In this document: in pieces, positions 32,455 through 42,193 of the stretch
Layout of the letters: each line of letters starts with the position of its first letter
How positions within the stretch are numbered: the first letter of the stretch is position 1
Assembly: GCA_028228555.1 (NCBI GenBank)
Contig: JAOJBP010000005.1
Span: forward strand, 20,197 to 84,196
DNA: 64,000 bases
Direction of reading: 5' to 3'
DNA from: Candidatus Thioglobus sp.
Lineage (GTDB): Bacteria; Pseudomonadota; Gammaproteobacteria; PS1; Pseudothioglobaceae
Notes under the pieces: generated by a model
Seen by the model: the letters and a program-made list of their open reading frames with translations, nothing else
What the model was told of the DNA's origin: nothing
The model's database searches: none
Program-made: the position numbers and the translations under genes

Positions 32455-32937
32455 ATGCAAATCTCTTTTATTAAATTAATATACATTTTGTTTCTTTCTT
32501 CTTTTATTGGTTCTTGTGCCAGCGTCAAGGACTTTCAAAAGATGAATAAAGATCAACGGGCTGTTAAACTATGTAAAGGGAGTTCTGTTGTATCATCTTA
32601 TAATATTAAGATTCGCAACTCAAGAGATAGGCTTAATAATATTGAATCATTACTGACCAAGGGTTATCGTATTGTCGAGAATTGTAATACTAAGGTTGTG
32701 AATACTGGCAAGAAAGACAAAAAAGGTGTCGAGATAATAAGAACATCAAAACACTGTAGTAACAACTTGATCCCTTTAACTTTTTATGCTGTAGAGTCTT
32801 TATCTGCTGAAATGCTTAACCTTAAAGCAGTTATCCCGGGTATGGTTGAGATGAGAGATAAGAAATATGACTCTTGTAAGTTAAAATATGGGCGTTTGAG
32901 CGCTGAAGAGGCATTCAGTATTTATGAAAGCCAGTAG
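32455..32937 (+). CDS. Hypothetical lipoprotein, Cys-containing
   Basis: Hydrophobic leader ending FIGS-C; four further Cys; no family recognised. Confidence 0.65.
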   Translation: MQISFIKLIYILFLSSFIGSCASVKDFQKMNKDQRAVKLCKGSSVVSSYNIKIRNSRDRLNNIESLLTKGYRIVENCNTKVVNTGKKDKKGVEIIRTSKHCSNNLIPLTFYAVESLSAEMLNLKAVIPGMVEMRDKKYDSCKLKYGRLSAEEAFSIYESQ

Positions 32938-33008
32938 TTAATTCTTAAAGTTGTAAAAACAAACAAATATTTAAAAAAGCTTATACTTTCTTTTCTCTTG
33001 ATTGAAGT

Positions 33009-33617
33009 TTAAAGGTCAATGCCTTTTTGTGCCTTTATATTTTCTCTAAAAGCATGCTTAATGTCTTTTACTTCACTGACGGTGTCAGCAATTTGAATAA
33101 GATTTTCTGATGCAGCTCGTCCAGTAATGACGACATGCTGATCTTTTGGTCGGTTATTAAGTGCATTAAGAATTTCTGATTCGTCTAAGTACTTATAGCT
33201 GATCATATAAGTGAGCTCGTCTAGTACCACCAAATCAATTGATTCATCTTTTAGATATACCTGAGCTTCAGACCAAGTTTCAGCCGCCATGGCTATATCG
33301 TAGGCCTTATCTTGAGTGTCCCAAGTAAAGCCAGTTTTCATGCGAGATATTTGCACATTTGGTTGCTTAGCAAGAAAGACATCTTCCCCTGTATCTTGAT
33401 CACCTTTTAAAAACTTGGCAATGCCAATCTTCATATCATAACCTAGAGCGCGACAAATCATACCTAGTGCTGAAGAGGATTTACCTTTGCCGTTACCAGT
33501 TAACAGTACGATAATACCTTTGTCGATATTGGCATCATCTATGCGGGCATCAATATATTCCTTCTTGCGCTGCATACGTTCTTTATAAGAAGCCTCTTTA
33601 GATTGATCTTCAGACAT
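33009..33617 (-). CDS. cobO: Cob(I)alamin adenosyltransferase
   Basis: TGNGKGKSSSA, GFTWDTQD, LVVLDE, VVITGR and KHAF motifs. Confidence 0.95.
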   Translation of the reverse strand: MSEDQSKEASYKERMQRKKEYIDARIDDANIDKGIIVLLTGNGKGKSSSALGMICRALGYDMKIGIAKFLKGDQDTGEDVFLAKQPNVQISRMKTGFTWDTQDKAYDIAMAAETWSEAQVYLKDESIDLVVLDELTYMISYKYLDESEILNALNNRPKDQHVVITGRAASENLIQIADTVSEVKDIKHAFRENIKAQKGIDL

Positions 33618-33625
33618 AATTTTAT

Positions 33626-34207
33626 CTAGCTTTTCTGTGAAGAGAAATATCGAACAAATGAGTAACGATGATTAAGTGTAAACACAATAGATATCACTAC
33701 CATCCAATATAAAACAGGCAGAATTTCAGCTATCGACCATTGTGCTAAGTAGGCAGGGAAGTTAGCCCAGCCAGTTTTTGCATAAGTGGCAGTAAAGAAA
33801 TAATAGCTTGAAGTAGCCACTAGCCATTGAGCACTCGTTGCTGCAATAATAATCAATGCATTTTTAACTATGCTGGTATTTATATTTAAACTTTTCATGT
33901 ATTTACCAACCCAGAAAATTGCATAGTAAGTAAATGGCAGTATGCTATAAGCGGGTGTAATACAATTAGCACTAATACCTTCATGAACAATTGCATAATT
34001 ATCAATCGCAACAGCGCTCAAAATAATCACAAATGCAACCCAAAACTTTCTCAAGTAAACGCCAGCAATAAATAGTGCAGGGATAGTAAAGTCTGGCAAA
34101 TGAACAATGCTTGACAGCCAATTAGCATGACCACGAGTAGCAATCATTAAAAGCACCATGATAAACACAGCAAACAGCGCTCTAGTTTTGTTGATTTGAT
34201 CTGTCAT
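33626..34207 (-). CDS. btuM: BtuM-like solitary S-component cobalamin transporter
   Basis: About 6 TM, 193 aa; ATRGH...HLPD, ID...I, CITPAY pattern; lies between btuB and cobO. Confidence 0.75.
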   Translation of the reverse strand: MTDQINKTRALFAVFIMVLLMIATRGHANWLSSIVHLPDFTIPALFIAGVYLRKFWVAFVIILSAVAIDNYAIVHEGISANCITPAYSILPFTYYAIFWVGKYMKSLNINTSIVKNALIIIAATSAQWLVATSSYYFFTATYAKTGWANFPAYLAQWSIAEILPVLYWMVVISIVFTLNHRYSFVRYFSSQKS

Positions 34208-34295
34208 CTTATTTCCTTTTTAATTCTTGATTAGTGTTTTTTATTATAGTCAATCTTGCTGCCAATCGGTAAAGCTCTAGTATCAAAGTGTTTTT

Positions 34296-36062
34296 TTAGA
34301 AGTTAAAGTCTAGTCCCAATTCAATCGACCTACCAAGTTGATTGTATTTATTTGCAACTGAATAGTTTTTGTTAGCTGCATTCTTAATTCTAAGTGCTAC
34401 TTTGGTCCTGTCACTAATATCATAATTAGTTGATAAGTTCATCAATGTATAGCCATCTAATCTAATATCACCATTATCCAAGCTAGATGATTTTTTAATA
34501 ACCTGAGTTTTTGAGTTAAATTTACCATACTGCTTACCAATTGTCAGATGCATAGTATTTTTTGGCCTTCTAATGCTTTGTAAAACTCTATCATTCTCTT
34601 TACTTATATTGTAGTTATGACCAAAGTCGATATCATAGCCAGCAATGTTGGTTTTTAGAGATAGCTCAATGCCTTTTGTTTTCAATTTTCCTACATTTTC
34701 ATAGACCCAACCTGTTGTGCCATCACTACGAAATGCGTTATTACTTGAGTTATTGTAAATTTTAATACTAGAGAATCCCCAAATGTGCTGCTTTTCCAGA
34801 CCTAACTCGATATTTTTTGATGTTTCTGGTCTAAGATTAGAATTACCAGCTAATTGGCCTAAAGTTGGAGTATTGAAGGATGTTCCATAAATACCAGTTA
34901 GTTTAAGGTTGTTTTCGAAGTGCTTAGATGTTCCTAAATTGTAAATTATTTCATTACCAGCTTTGCTATGATTAATATAGCGAACGCCTATGTTAATGTT
35001 AATATTATTAAAAGTTTGCTGCCAATTTGTATACAAATCTTTACTAGTAATCTTTGAACTAGATTTGATATTTTTATCTTCAGATTGGGATAAGCCAATA
35101 TTTAATAAGGCGTTACCAATGTTAATATCACTAATAGCAGTTATAGTTGTATTTCTAAAATCGTCACCATCACCACCCCAAGCGAAAATACCATCTTTGT
35201 ACGCTTTTCTCACTGTATCTATTTGCGAGAAATGCAACTTTGTTTTCCAGGTATCAGTATTCTTTTTCTGAGCGTTGATTGATATTTTGGATGAGTCTCT
35301 AGTAAGATACTGATCATTTGAGCCGCCAAATTGATCATCATATTCAATTCTAGTTCCATTCTTTGAGTAACTAATATCAAACTTTTTAGTGCCAAATTTA
35401 ATTTGTGTGGAATGGTTACTACTAGCATCTTTTTCGTTAGTAGAATCATCTGAACGGGCATTAATACCATCTGTTGAATGATTATTATGAGTAAATCTAA
35501 CAAAGCCATTTTTACTGCCATTACTTACTGATAGTGCATAAGTTTTAGCATTATTTGTGCCAAATTTAGTACTCACTGTTGCATGTCTTCCTTTTGCACC
35601 TTTTTTAGTAGTAATAGCAATAACACCTGATGTTGCAGAAGAGCCATATAAAACAGAGCCCGAACCTTTAACAATTTCTATTTTTTCAATATCATTCAGT
35701 ATGATGTCTGTAAGTCCATACTCAATCGCACCATTTGTAGAATTTGGTGGATTCATTCTGGCGCCATCAACGATAATCAAAGTATGATTTGAAGGTCCGC
35801 CACGCATAAAAATAGTTGGGACATTTCCTGTCCACATCTCAACACTTGGAACGGTTCCTAAGAATTCTATGAATGAATTAGCGCCTGTTGCTTTAATATC
35901 ATCAGCATTAAAGCTAAGTGTCGATGCAATGGATCCAATAACTGGATTTTCAGTTCGATATTCAGTATTTAGATAAATAGGGATTGGGCCTAATACCGCA
36001 TTGGTTGCTGTAGTAAAAGTTAGTAACGATACGGCAACAACAGAGAGCTGTTTAAATTTCAT
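34296..36062 (-). CDS. btuB: TonB-dependent cobalamin receptor (BtuB-like)
   Basis: Plug motifs MRGG, IEKIEIVKGSGSVLYGS, GVIAITTK; C-terminal GLDFNF; start reset to ATG at 36062 (MKFKQL), 8 nt after SD GAAGGA; riboswitch upstream. Confidence 0.8.
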   Translation of the reverse strand: MKFKQLSVVAVSLLTFTTATNAVLGPIPIYLNTEYRTENPVIGSIASTLSFNADDIKATGANSFIEFLGTVPSVEMWTGNVPTIFMRGGPSNHTLIIVDGARMNPPNSTNGAIEYGLTDIILNDIEKIEIVKGSGSVLYGSSATSGVIAITTKKGAKGRHATVSTKFGTNNAKTYALSVSNGSKNGFVRFTHNNHSTDGINARSDDSTNEKDASSNHSTQIKFGTKKFDISYSKNGTRIEYDDQFGGSNDQYLTRDSSKISINAQKKNTDTWKTKLHFSQIDTVRKAYKDGIFAWGGDGDDFRNTTITAISDINIGNALLNIGLSQSEDKNIKSSSKITSKDLYTNWQQTFNNININIGVRYINHSKAGNEIIYNLGTSKHFENNLKLTGIYGTSFNTPTLGQLAGNSNLRPETSKNIELGLEKQHIWGFSSIKIYNNSSNNAFRSDGTTGWVYENVGKLKTKGIELSLKTNIAGYDIDFGHNYNISKENDRVLQSIRRPKNTMHLTIGKQYGKFNSKTQVIKKSSSLDNGDIRLDGYTLMNLSTNYDISDRTKVALRIKNAANKNYSVANKYNQLGRSIELGLDFNF

Positions 36063-36065
36063 GAT

Positions 36066-36175
36066 AGTCATCCTTCGTGAGATTAAAAAAAGATTATGTA
36101 TCGGACTGATTTCGTAAAGAAAAATACCGTTGCGAGGACAGTGTGGGATTGGCACCCACTTCCATAATCAAGTGA
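36066..36175 (-). ncRNA. Cobalamin riboswitch, short class II / AdoCbl-variant type
   Basis: Minus strand GATTATG-GAAGTGGGTGCCAATCCCACACTGTCCTCGCAACGGTA...AGTCCGATA-CATAATC; closing helix GATTATG/CATAATC; -10 TATAAT at 36181-36186. Confidence 0.88.
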
Positions 36176-36341
36176 GCGAGATTATAGACTATTGTTAATA
36201 TGATTTAAAATTAATAAAAACTAGGTGTTAGTTATGATTGATCTAGAACAGATTACTAAGGCTGGATCATTGAAAAATATAGACAATATTGACGTAAAAT
36301 AAGGGCTAATTTTTTACATAATTATTTGGAAAATAATATCA

Positions 36342-37421
36342 ATGAGTGAAATCTATAATTTTAGTGCTGGTCCTGCAGCACTTCCTAAATCAGTATTACG
36401 CCAGATTCAAGAAGAATTATTGGAGTATGGTAATGCTAAGGCCTCGGTGATGGAGATATCTCATCGCGGAGTTGATTTTATGCAAGTAGCTCAAAAAGCT
36501 GAACAAGATTTGCGCGATTTGATGAATATTCCCAATAATTACAAAGTTTTGTTTTTACAAGGTGGCGCATCAGCTCAATTTTCTATGGTGCCAATTAATT
36601 TATTGCGAGGCAAAACTAAAGCTAATTATGCTAATACTGGACATTGGTCAGTTAAGGCGATTGCGGAAGCAAAGCGCTATTGCGATGTAAATATTTGTAC
36701 AGACAGTAGCGTGAATAAATTTACCGATATTGAAGACTATTCAAACTGGAATATCGACGAGTCTGCTGCATATTTACACTTCACACCGAATGAAACCATT
36801 GCTGGTTTGGAGTTTGATTTTGTTCCAGAAGTGGATATGCCAGTTGTGGCGGACATGTCATCTACGATATTATCACGTGAAATTGATGTATCAAAGTATG
36901 GTGTTATTTATGCAGGTGCACAAAAAAATATTGGCGTAGCAGGTGTAACTACTGTTATCGTGCGAGAAGACTTAATTGGCGATGTGGTGGCTAAACAGCC
37001 TATATTGTTTGACTATGCGACACAAGCTGATAACGACTCCATGTTTAACACGCCAACTACCTTTGCCTGGTATACAGCTGGTCTAGTATTTGAATGGCTA
37101 AAAGTTCAGGGAGGCGTTAAAGCCATGGCACAAATTAATAATCGTAAGGCTAGTAAGCTTTATCGAGCAATTGACAACTCTGATTTTTACTCGAATCCTG
37201 TTAATCCTAAATATCGCTCATGGATGAATGTACCATTTATATTGGCCGACGACACTCTTGATAAACTGTTCTTAGAAAAGTCTTATAATGCTAACTTATT
37301 AGCACTAAAGGGTCACAAGTCTGTGGGTGGAATGCGTGCCAGTATTTACAATGCAATGCCTGAAAGTGGGGTGGATGCACTAATTGAATTTATGACTGAT
37401 TTTGAAAGGCAATATGGGTAA
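36342..37421 (+). CDS. serC: Phosphoserine aminotransferase
   Basis: NFSAGPA, MEISHR, LQGGAS, YAGAQKN and GHKSVGGMRASIYNA motifs. Confidence 0.98.
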   Translation: MSEIYNFSAGPAALPKSVLRQIQEELLEYGNAKASVMEISHRGVDFMQVAQKAEQDLRDLMNIPNNYKVLFLQGGASAQFSMVPINLLRGKTKANYANTGHWSVKAIAEAKRYCDVNICTDSSVNKFTDIEDYSNWNIDESAAYLHFTPNETIAGLEFDFVPEVDMPVVADMSSTILSREIDVSKYGVIYAGAQKNIGVAGVTTVIVREDLIGDVVAKQPILFDYATQADNDSMFNTPTTFAWYTAGLVFEWLKVQGGVKAMAQINNRKASKLYRAIDNSDFYSNPVNPKYRSWMNVPFILADDTLDKLFLEKSYNANLLALKGHKSVGGMRASIYNAMPESGVDALIEFMTDFERQYG

Positions 37422-38493
37422 GAAAACATTAGCAGAGTTACGAGTTGAAATTGATGCGCTTGATCAACAATTGCAAATGCTTATCGGTGAGCGAGCTGAT
37501 TTAGCGGGCGAAGTGGCGAAAGTTAAAAGAGCAGATGATATCAATAGCGTGTTCTATCGACCTGAGCGCGAAGCTCAAGTGTTACGCTCTATCATTGAGC
37601 GCAATAAAAGCCAATTAAAAGACAAAGATATGGCGCATATTTTTCGTGAAATTATGTCAGCCTGCCTTGCTCTAGAGCAACCCCTTAATATTGCTTATCT
37701 AGGTCCTGAAGGAACCTTCACTCAAGAGGCTGCTTTAAAACATTTTGGTCATGCTGTTTCTACATTGGATTGTGCCAGTATTGACGAGATTTTTCATCAA
37801 GTTGAAAAGGGCAATGCACATTATGGTGTGGTGCCGATTGAAAATTCATCAAATGGCGTTATTGGTGGAACTGTAGATATGCTTTATTCACAAGATCTTA
37901 AGATTTGTGGTGAAGTAGAAATTTCTATTCAGCATCAGCTCATGAGTGCTGATCAATCAATTGAAATCAAAACAATTTACGCACATCAACAAGCACTTGA
38001 TCAATGTCAGCGATGGTTGGCGAATCATTATCCTAATGCGCAATTAAAAGCGGTCGCTTCTAATGCTTTAGCTGCTCGAATGGTTAAAGATGAAGTGGGC
38101 GCTGCTGCCATTGCTTCAGAAGCTGCTTTAAGTTTGTATGATCTAGAGCGAGTGGCTAAAAATATTGAAGACAAGGCTGGTAATACGACTCGATTCTTGA
38201 TACTCAGTAAAGAATCTATAGAGCCTTCAGGTAATGATAAAACCTCTATTTTGGTTGTTACTAAACATGAATCTGGTGCGTTGTTTGATTTGCTTGAACC
38301 TTTTAAAGAACAAGGTATTAATATGATGCAGCTAGCACGCCACCCAATTCCTGGTGTGAAGTGGGAATACTTATTTCTGATCGATATTGAAGGTCATCAA
38401 GATGATGACAAGGTAAAAATCGCCTTGGCTGAAGTGGAAAAAAGAGTGCTTAAAGTGAGCATTTTAGGTTCATATCCTATTGCTGTATTATGA
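37414..38493 (+). CDS. pheA: Chorismate mutase / prephenate dehydratase
   Basis: CM domain YRPEREAQV, LGPEGTF, PIENS, NTTRF, ACT domain; start taken at ATG 37414. Confidence 0.95.
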   Translation: MGKKTLAELRVEIDALDQQLQMLIGERADLAGEVAKVKRADDINSVFYRPEREAQVLRSIIERNKSQLKDKDMAHIFREIMSACLALEQPLNIAYLGPEGTFTQEAALKHFGHAVSTLDCASIDEIFHQVEKGNAHYGVVPIENSSNGVIGGTVDMLYSQDLKICGEVEISIQHQLMSADQSIEIKTIYAHQQALDQCQRWLANHYPNAQLKAVASNALAARMVKDEVGAAAIASEAALSLYDLERVAKNIEDKAGNTTRFLILSKESIEPSGNDKTSILVVTKHESGALFDLLEPFKEQGINMMQLARHPIPGVKWEYLFLIDIEGHQDDDKVKIALAEVEKRVLKVSILGSYPIAVL

Positions 38494-39554
38494 GTGTTTG
38501 TAAGACAGTTAAAGGCTTAAAGCCTTATCAAGGCGGCAAGCCAATTAGTGAATTACAACGCGAGTTAGGGCTTAAGCACATCGTCAAGTTAGCTAGTAAC
38601 GAAAACCCGCTGGGCGTTGGTCAAAAAGCCCTCGAAGCAATGCAAAAAGCCGTGAGTGAAGTGGATCGCTATCCAGATGGAAGTGGCTTTGAGTTAAAGC
38701 GAGCAATTAGCGATCATCTTGTTGTTTCAACAGACATGGTCACATTAGGTAATGGCTCAAATGATATTCTAGAGTTAGTTGCTAAAGCTTATGTTTGCTC
38801 TTCAACTGATGAGGTTATTTTTTCAGAGTATGCTTTTGTCGTATATCCATTAGCCACCCAAGCTTTAGGTGCAACTGCTGTTGTTACAAAATCTAAAGAT
38901 TTTGGCCATGATCTCGAAGCTATGCTGTTAGCAATTACTGATAAAACTAAGCTTATTTTCGTTGCTAATCCTAATAATCCAACAGGCACTTTACTTTCTG
39001 ATGAAGCAGTCCATGCTTTTTTATCACGCGTTCCAAATTCTATTTCAGTTGTATTAGACCAGGCATATTTTGAATATCTTGATCATGCTGATAGGGCTAT
39101 TGGTTGGCTTGCAGAATTTGAAAATTTAATTATCACCCGTACATTTTCTAAGGCTTATGGCTTGGCAGGTTTAAGAGTGGGCTATTGTGTCTCAAGTGGA
39201 AAAATTGCAGATTATCTTAATCGTATTCGCCAACCGTTTAATGTTAATCATGTTGCTCAAGTAGCAGCTATTGCAGCCTTGGGCGACCAATCTTATTTAG
39301 TACGATCAGTGATAGCTAACAATAACGGACTTAAACAATTAGAGCAAGGGTTTGATAAACTGGGACTATCCTATATTCCCTCATCAGCCAATTTTATTTC
39401 CGTTAAAGTTGACGATGCAGCTAAACTTTATCAGCAATTACTAGAACTTGGATTTATCGTCCGCCCCGTTGAAATGAAAAACTACTTGCGAGTTTCAATA
39501 GGCACTTCAAGAGAAATTTCAGATTTTCTAGATGCGTTAAAATCATTATTATGA
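38490..39554 (+). CDS. hisC: Histidinol-phosphate aminotransferase
   Basis: KLASNENPLG, NPNNPTG and RTFSKAYGLAGLRVG motifs. Confidence 0.93.
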   Translation: MSVCKTVKGLKPYQGGKPISELQRELGLKHIVKLASNENPLGVGQKALEAMQKAVSEVDRYPDGSGFELKRAISDHLVVSTDMVTLGNGSNDILELVAKAYVCSSTDEVIFSEYAFVVYPLATQALGATAVVTKSKDFGHDLEAMLLAITDKTKLIFVANPNNPTGTLLSDEAVHAFLSRVPNSISVVLDQAYFEYLDHADRAIGWLAEFENLIITRTFSKAYGLAGLRVGYCVSSGKIADYLNRIRQPFNVNHVAQVAAIAALGDQSYLVRSVIANNNGLKQLEQGFDKLGLSYIPSSANFISVKVDDAAKLYQQLLELGFIVRPVEMKNYLRVSIGTSREISDFLDALKSLL

Positions 39555-40402
39555 ATAAGATTTGTATTATTGGTGTCGGGCTGATTGGTGGTTCATTTGC
39601 TGCAGGCTTAAAAAAAGCTAATAAGGTTGCTAGCATTGTTGGCTTTGGTAGGAATGAGGCTAATCTGGCCAAAGCAAAAGAATTAAATATTATTGACGAG
39701 TACACACTTGATCTTGCCAAGGCACTTAAAGGTGCAGATTTGGTAATGATTGCCACTCCGGTTAATAGTTTTAAAGCAATATTAGAAATGATCAAGCCAC
39801 ATCTTGACGAAAAAATGATTATTACTGATGTGGGTAGCACCAAAGCAAGTGTTATTCAAATTGCTAAGCAAGTATTTGGGCATATGCCTGAAAATTTTAT
39901 TCCTGCACATCCGATTGCTGGCAAAGAGCGCAGTGGTGTTAAAGCTGCTGACGCAACTTTATTTAATCATAGGCGTGTCATTATTACCCCTGGCAAAAAT
40001 TCCAATACTCAATCTGTAGTTACAGTAAGTGATCTATGGGAAAGTGTGGGCGCAAAAATAGAAATTATGAATGAAATTAAACACGATGATTTATTAGCTA
40101 TGACTTCACATTTACCTCATATGCTCGCTTTTTCATTGATGGATTATTTGATATCAAGTAATCCAGAAGCATGTAAATATGCAGCAGGCGGATTTAAGGA
40201 CTTTTCTCGTATCGCTTCAAGTGATGCAGTTATGTGGCGAGACATTTGTATTAATAATCCAGATCAAATAGTTAAGCACATTGAGGGCTATCAAAAAAGC
40301 CTAGATAAGGTTGCTAATCTAATTAAAAACCAACAACCAGAAGAACTAGAAAAACTATTTCTTGATGCAAAATCTGCAAGAGATAGCTGGTTAAAAGACT
40401 AA
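39551..40402 (+). CDS. tyrA: Prephenate/arogenate dehydrogenase
   Basis: GVGLIGGS, TDVGSTK, HPIAGKE, TSHLPH and GFKDFSRIA motifs. Confidence 0.94.
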   Translation: MNKICIIGVGLIGGSFAAGLKKANKVASIVGFGRNEANLAKAKELNIIDEYTLDLAKALKGADLVMIATPVNSFKAILEMIKPHLDEKMIITDVGSTKASVIQIAKQVFGHMPENFIPAHPIAGKERSGVKAADATLFNHRRVIITPGKNSNTQSVVTVSDLWESVGAKIEIMNEIKHDDLLAMTSHLPHMLAFSLMDYLISSNPEACKYAAGGFKDFSRIASSDAVMWRDICINNPDQIVKHIEGYQKSLDKVANLIKNQQPEELEKLFLDAKSARDSWLKD

Positions 40403-40407
40403 ATATT

Positions 40408-41709
40408 ATGAGTAAGTTTATTGTAAAACCGGTAACAACCTTGTCGGGTGAGTTAAAAATTCCAGGAGATAAGTCTATCTCTCATCGATCAATCATGCTC
40501 GGTTCTTTAAGCGAAGGTGTGACAAAAATTTCAGGATTTTTAGAAGGTGAAGATGCACTATCGACTCTTAAGGCTTTTCAAGCTATGGGGGTTAAAATTG
40601 AGCGTGAAGATGATAATGTTACTATTCATGGTGTTGGTATTCATGGCTTAAAAAAACCGGATAAACAACTAGATTTAGGAAACTCAGGTACCTCTATGCG
40701 CTTAATGTCAGGAATTCTTGCCGCTCAAGCATTTGATTGTGAATTAATTGGTGATGAGTCGCTTTCTAAAAGACCGATGGGTAGAGTGATAAATCCGTTA
40801 AAAGATATGGGTGCAGTTATTGAAAGTAACGATGGTAAGCCGCCTCTAAAAATTACCGGCGGGCAAAAACTTAAAGGTATTCAGTATGATTTACCGGTGG
40901 CATCTGCCCAAGTAAAGTCATGTGTTTTATTAGCGGGTCTATATGCTGATGGCGATACTTGTGTGACAGAACCGGCGCCAACACGTGACCACACTGAGCG
41001 TATGCTAAAAGGCCTAGGCTATAATGTGCGCGTTAATAATAATCAGATGTGCCTTACAGGCGGTGGCAAGCTTAGTGCAACTGCAATTCAAGTGCCGAGT
41101 GATATTTCTTCTGCCGCATTTTTCATGGTGGCAGCTTGTATCTCGCCAAAAGCAGACATCATCCTAATGGGAGTTAATATCAATCCAACCCGAACAGGTG
41201 TGATTGATATTTTAAAGTTAATGGGTGCAAACCTAAAACTTTCTAATGAGCGCGAAATCGGCGGTGAATTATTAGCAGACATCCGCATTCAATCATCTGA
41301 GTTAAAAGGTATTGAAATCCCTAAAGCTTTAGTGCCATTAGCAATTGATGAATTTCCAGCAGTGTTTATTGCCGCTAGTTGTGCCCAAGGCGAAACAATC
41401 TTAACAGGTGCTAAAGAGCTCAGAGTTAAAGAATCAGACCGCATACAAGTAATGGCTGATGGTTTAGATGTTTTAGGTATTAAAAACGAAGTGCTAGACG
41501 ACGGCATTAAAATTCAAGGCGGTGAATTTAAAAAGCCAACATCAATCATTGAATCTCATCATGATCATCGTATCTCCATGTCATTTGCAATAGCCTCTTT
41601 AAGATGTGCTTATCCTATTGAAATTAATGGGGTAGATAATGTTATGACTTCTTTTCCTAATTTTGTTGATTTATCTAATTCAGCAGGTATGGATATTACT
41701 GAAGTTTAA
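40408..41709 (+). CDS. aroA: EPSP synthase
   Basis: PGDKSISHR, GNSGT, ASAQVKS, RVKESDRI and HDHRI motifs. Confidence 0.97.
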   Translation: MSKFIVKPVTTLSGELKIPGDKSISHRSIMLGSLSEGVTKISGFLEGEDALSTLKAFQAMGVKIEREDDNVTIHGVGIHGLKKPDKQLDLGNSGTSMRLMSGILAAQAFDCELIGDESLSKRPMGRVINPLKDMGAVIESNDGKPPLKITGGQKLKGIQYDLPVASAQVKSCVLLAGLYADGDTCVTEPAPTRDHTERMLKGLGYNVRVNNNQMCLTGGGKLSATAIQVPSDISSAAFFMVAACISPKADIILMGVNINPTRTGVIDILKLMGANLKLSNEREIGGELLADIRIQSSELKGIEIPKALVPLAIDEFPAVFIAASCAQGETILTGAKELRVKESDRIQVMADGLDVLGIKNEVLDDGIKIQGGEFKKPTSIIESHHDHRISMSFAIASLRCAYPIEINGVDNVMTSFPNFVDLSNSAGMDITEV

Positions 41710-41727
41710 GTAAATAAATAGACCAAT

Positions 41728-41755
41728 AAAAAAGGCGCTCAATGGGCGCCTTTTT
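41728..41755. terminator. Bidirectional terminator between aroA and the dsrC-like gene
   Basis: AAAAAAGGCGCTC-AAT-GGGCGCCTTTTT. Confidence 0.85.
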
Positions 41756-41777
41756 ATTAAGTTAAAAAGCTTAATGC

Positions 41778-42104
41778 TTAGTAACCACCTTTACGTCTAG
41801 TTTCTGGAAGACCAGCAACTTTACCAGCTTGTTTAGCAGGACCTTTAGGAAATAAGTTATACAACTCTTTAGTGCCTAATTTACCATCCCAATCATCTTT
41901 CAAACCTTTAACCATGTTGCGTTCGTTAGGCTGATTGGCGTTGTTGTTGATGTATTCATTACGCAGGAAATTAATCAATTTAAAGCTATCATCGGTTAAT
42001 TCGACACCTTCTTCTGCTGCAATTTCATGAGCAATGTCTTCGTTCCAAGTGTTAAGATCAACTAAGTAACCGTGAGCGTCTCTTTCTAAATCTGATAATG
42101 CCAT
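41778..42104 (-). CDS. DsrC/TusE-family protein lacking cysteines (RspA-like)
   Basis: GYLVDLNTWNEDIA...LYNLFPKGPAKQAGKVAGLP is the DsrC/TusE pattern; no Cys anywhere; ends RRKGGY. Confidence 0.85.
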   Translation of the reverse strand: MALSDLERDAHGYLVDLNTWNEDIAHEIAAEEGVELTDDSFKLINFLRNEYINNNANQPNERNMVKGLKDDWDGKLGTKELYNLFPKGPAKQAGKVAGLPETRRKGGY

Positions 42105-42193
42105 TGTATTTCCTCCAATGTGAAAAATTATAAAAAGAACTTATTATATAATAACCGAGTTTTGCTTTACCTTTTTTTTGTACGGATATTATT

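Noticed and set aside
36063-36155. N-terminal extensions given by the ORF track for btuB (and similarly moeB, pheA, thyA, soxW)
   Set aside because: They run through the riboswitch or overlap upstream genes; downstream ATGs with an SD or stop-start coupling fit the protein families better.
30914-36313. Exact 15-mer ATAAGGGCTAATTTT at 30914 and 36299
   Set aside because: Opposite orientation relative to the downstream genes; by rough estimate, 15-bp matches are expected by chance in an AT-rich 64-kb sequence.
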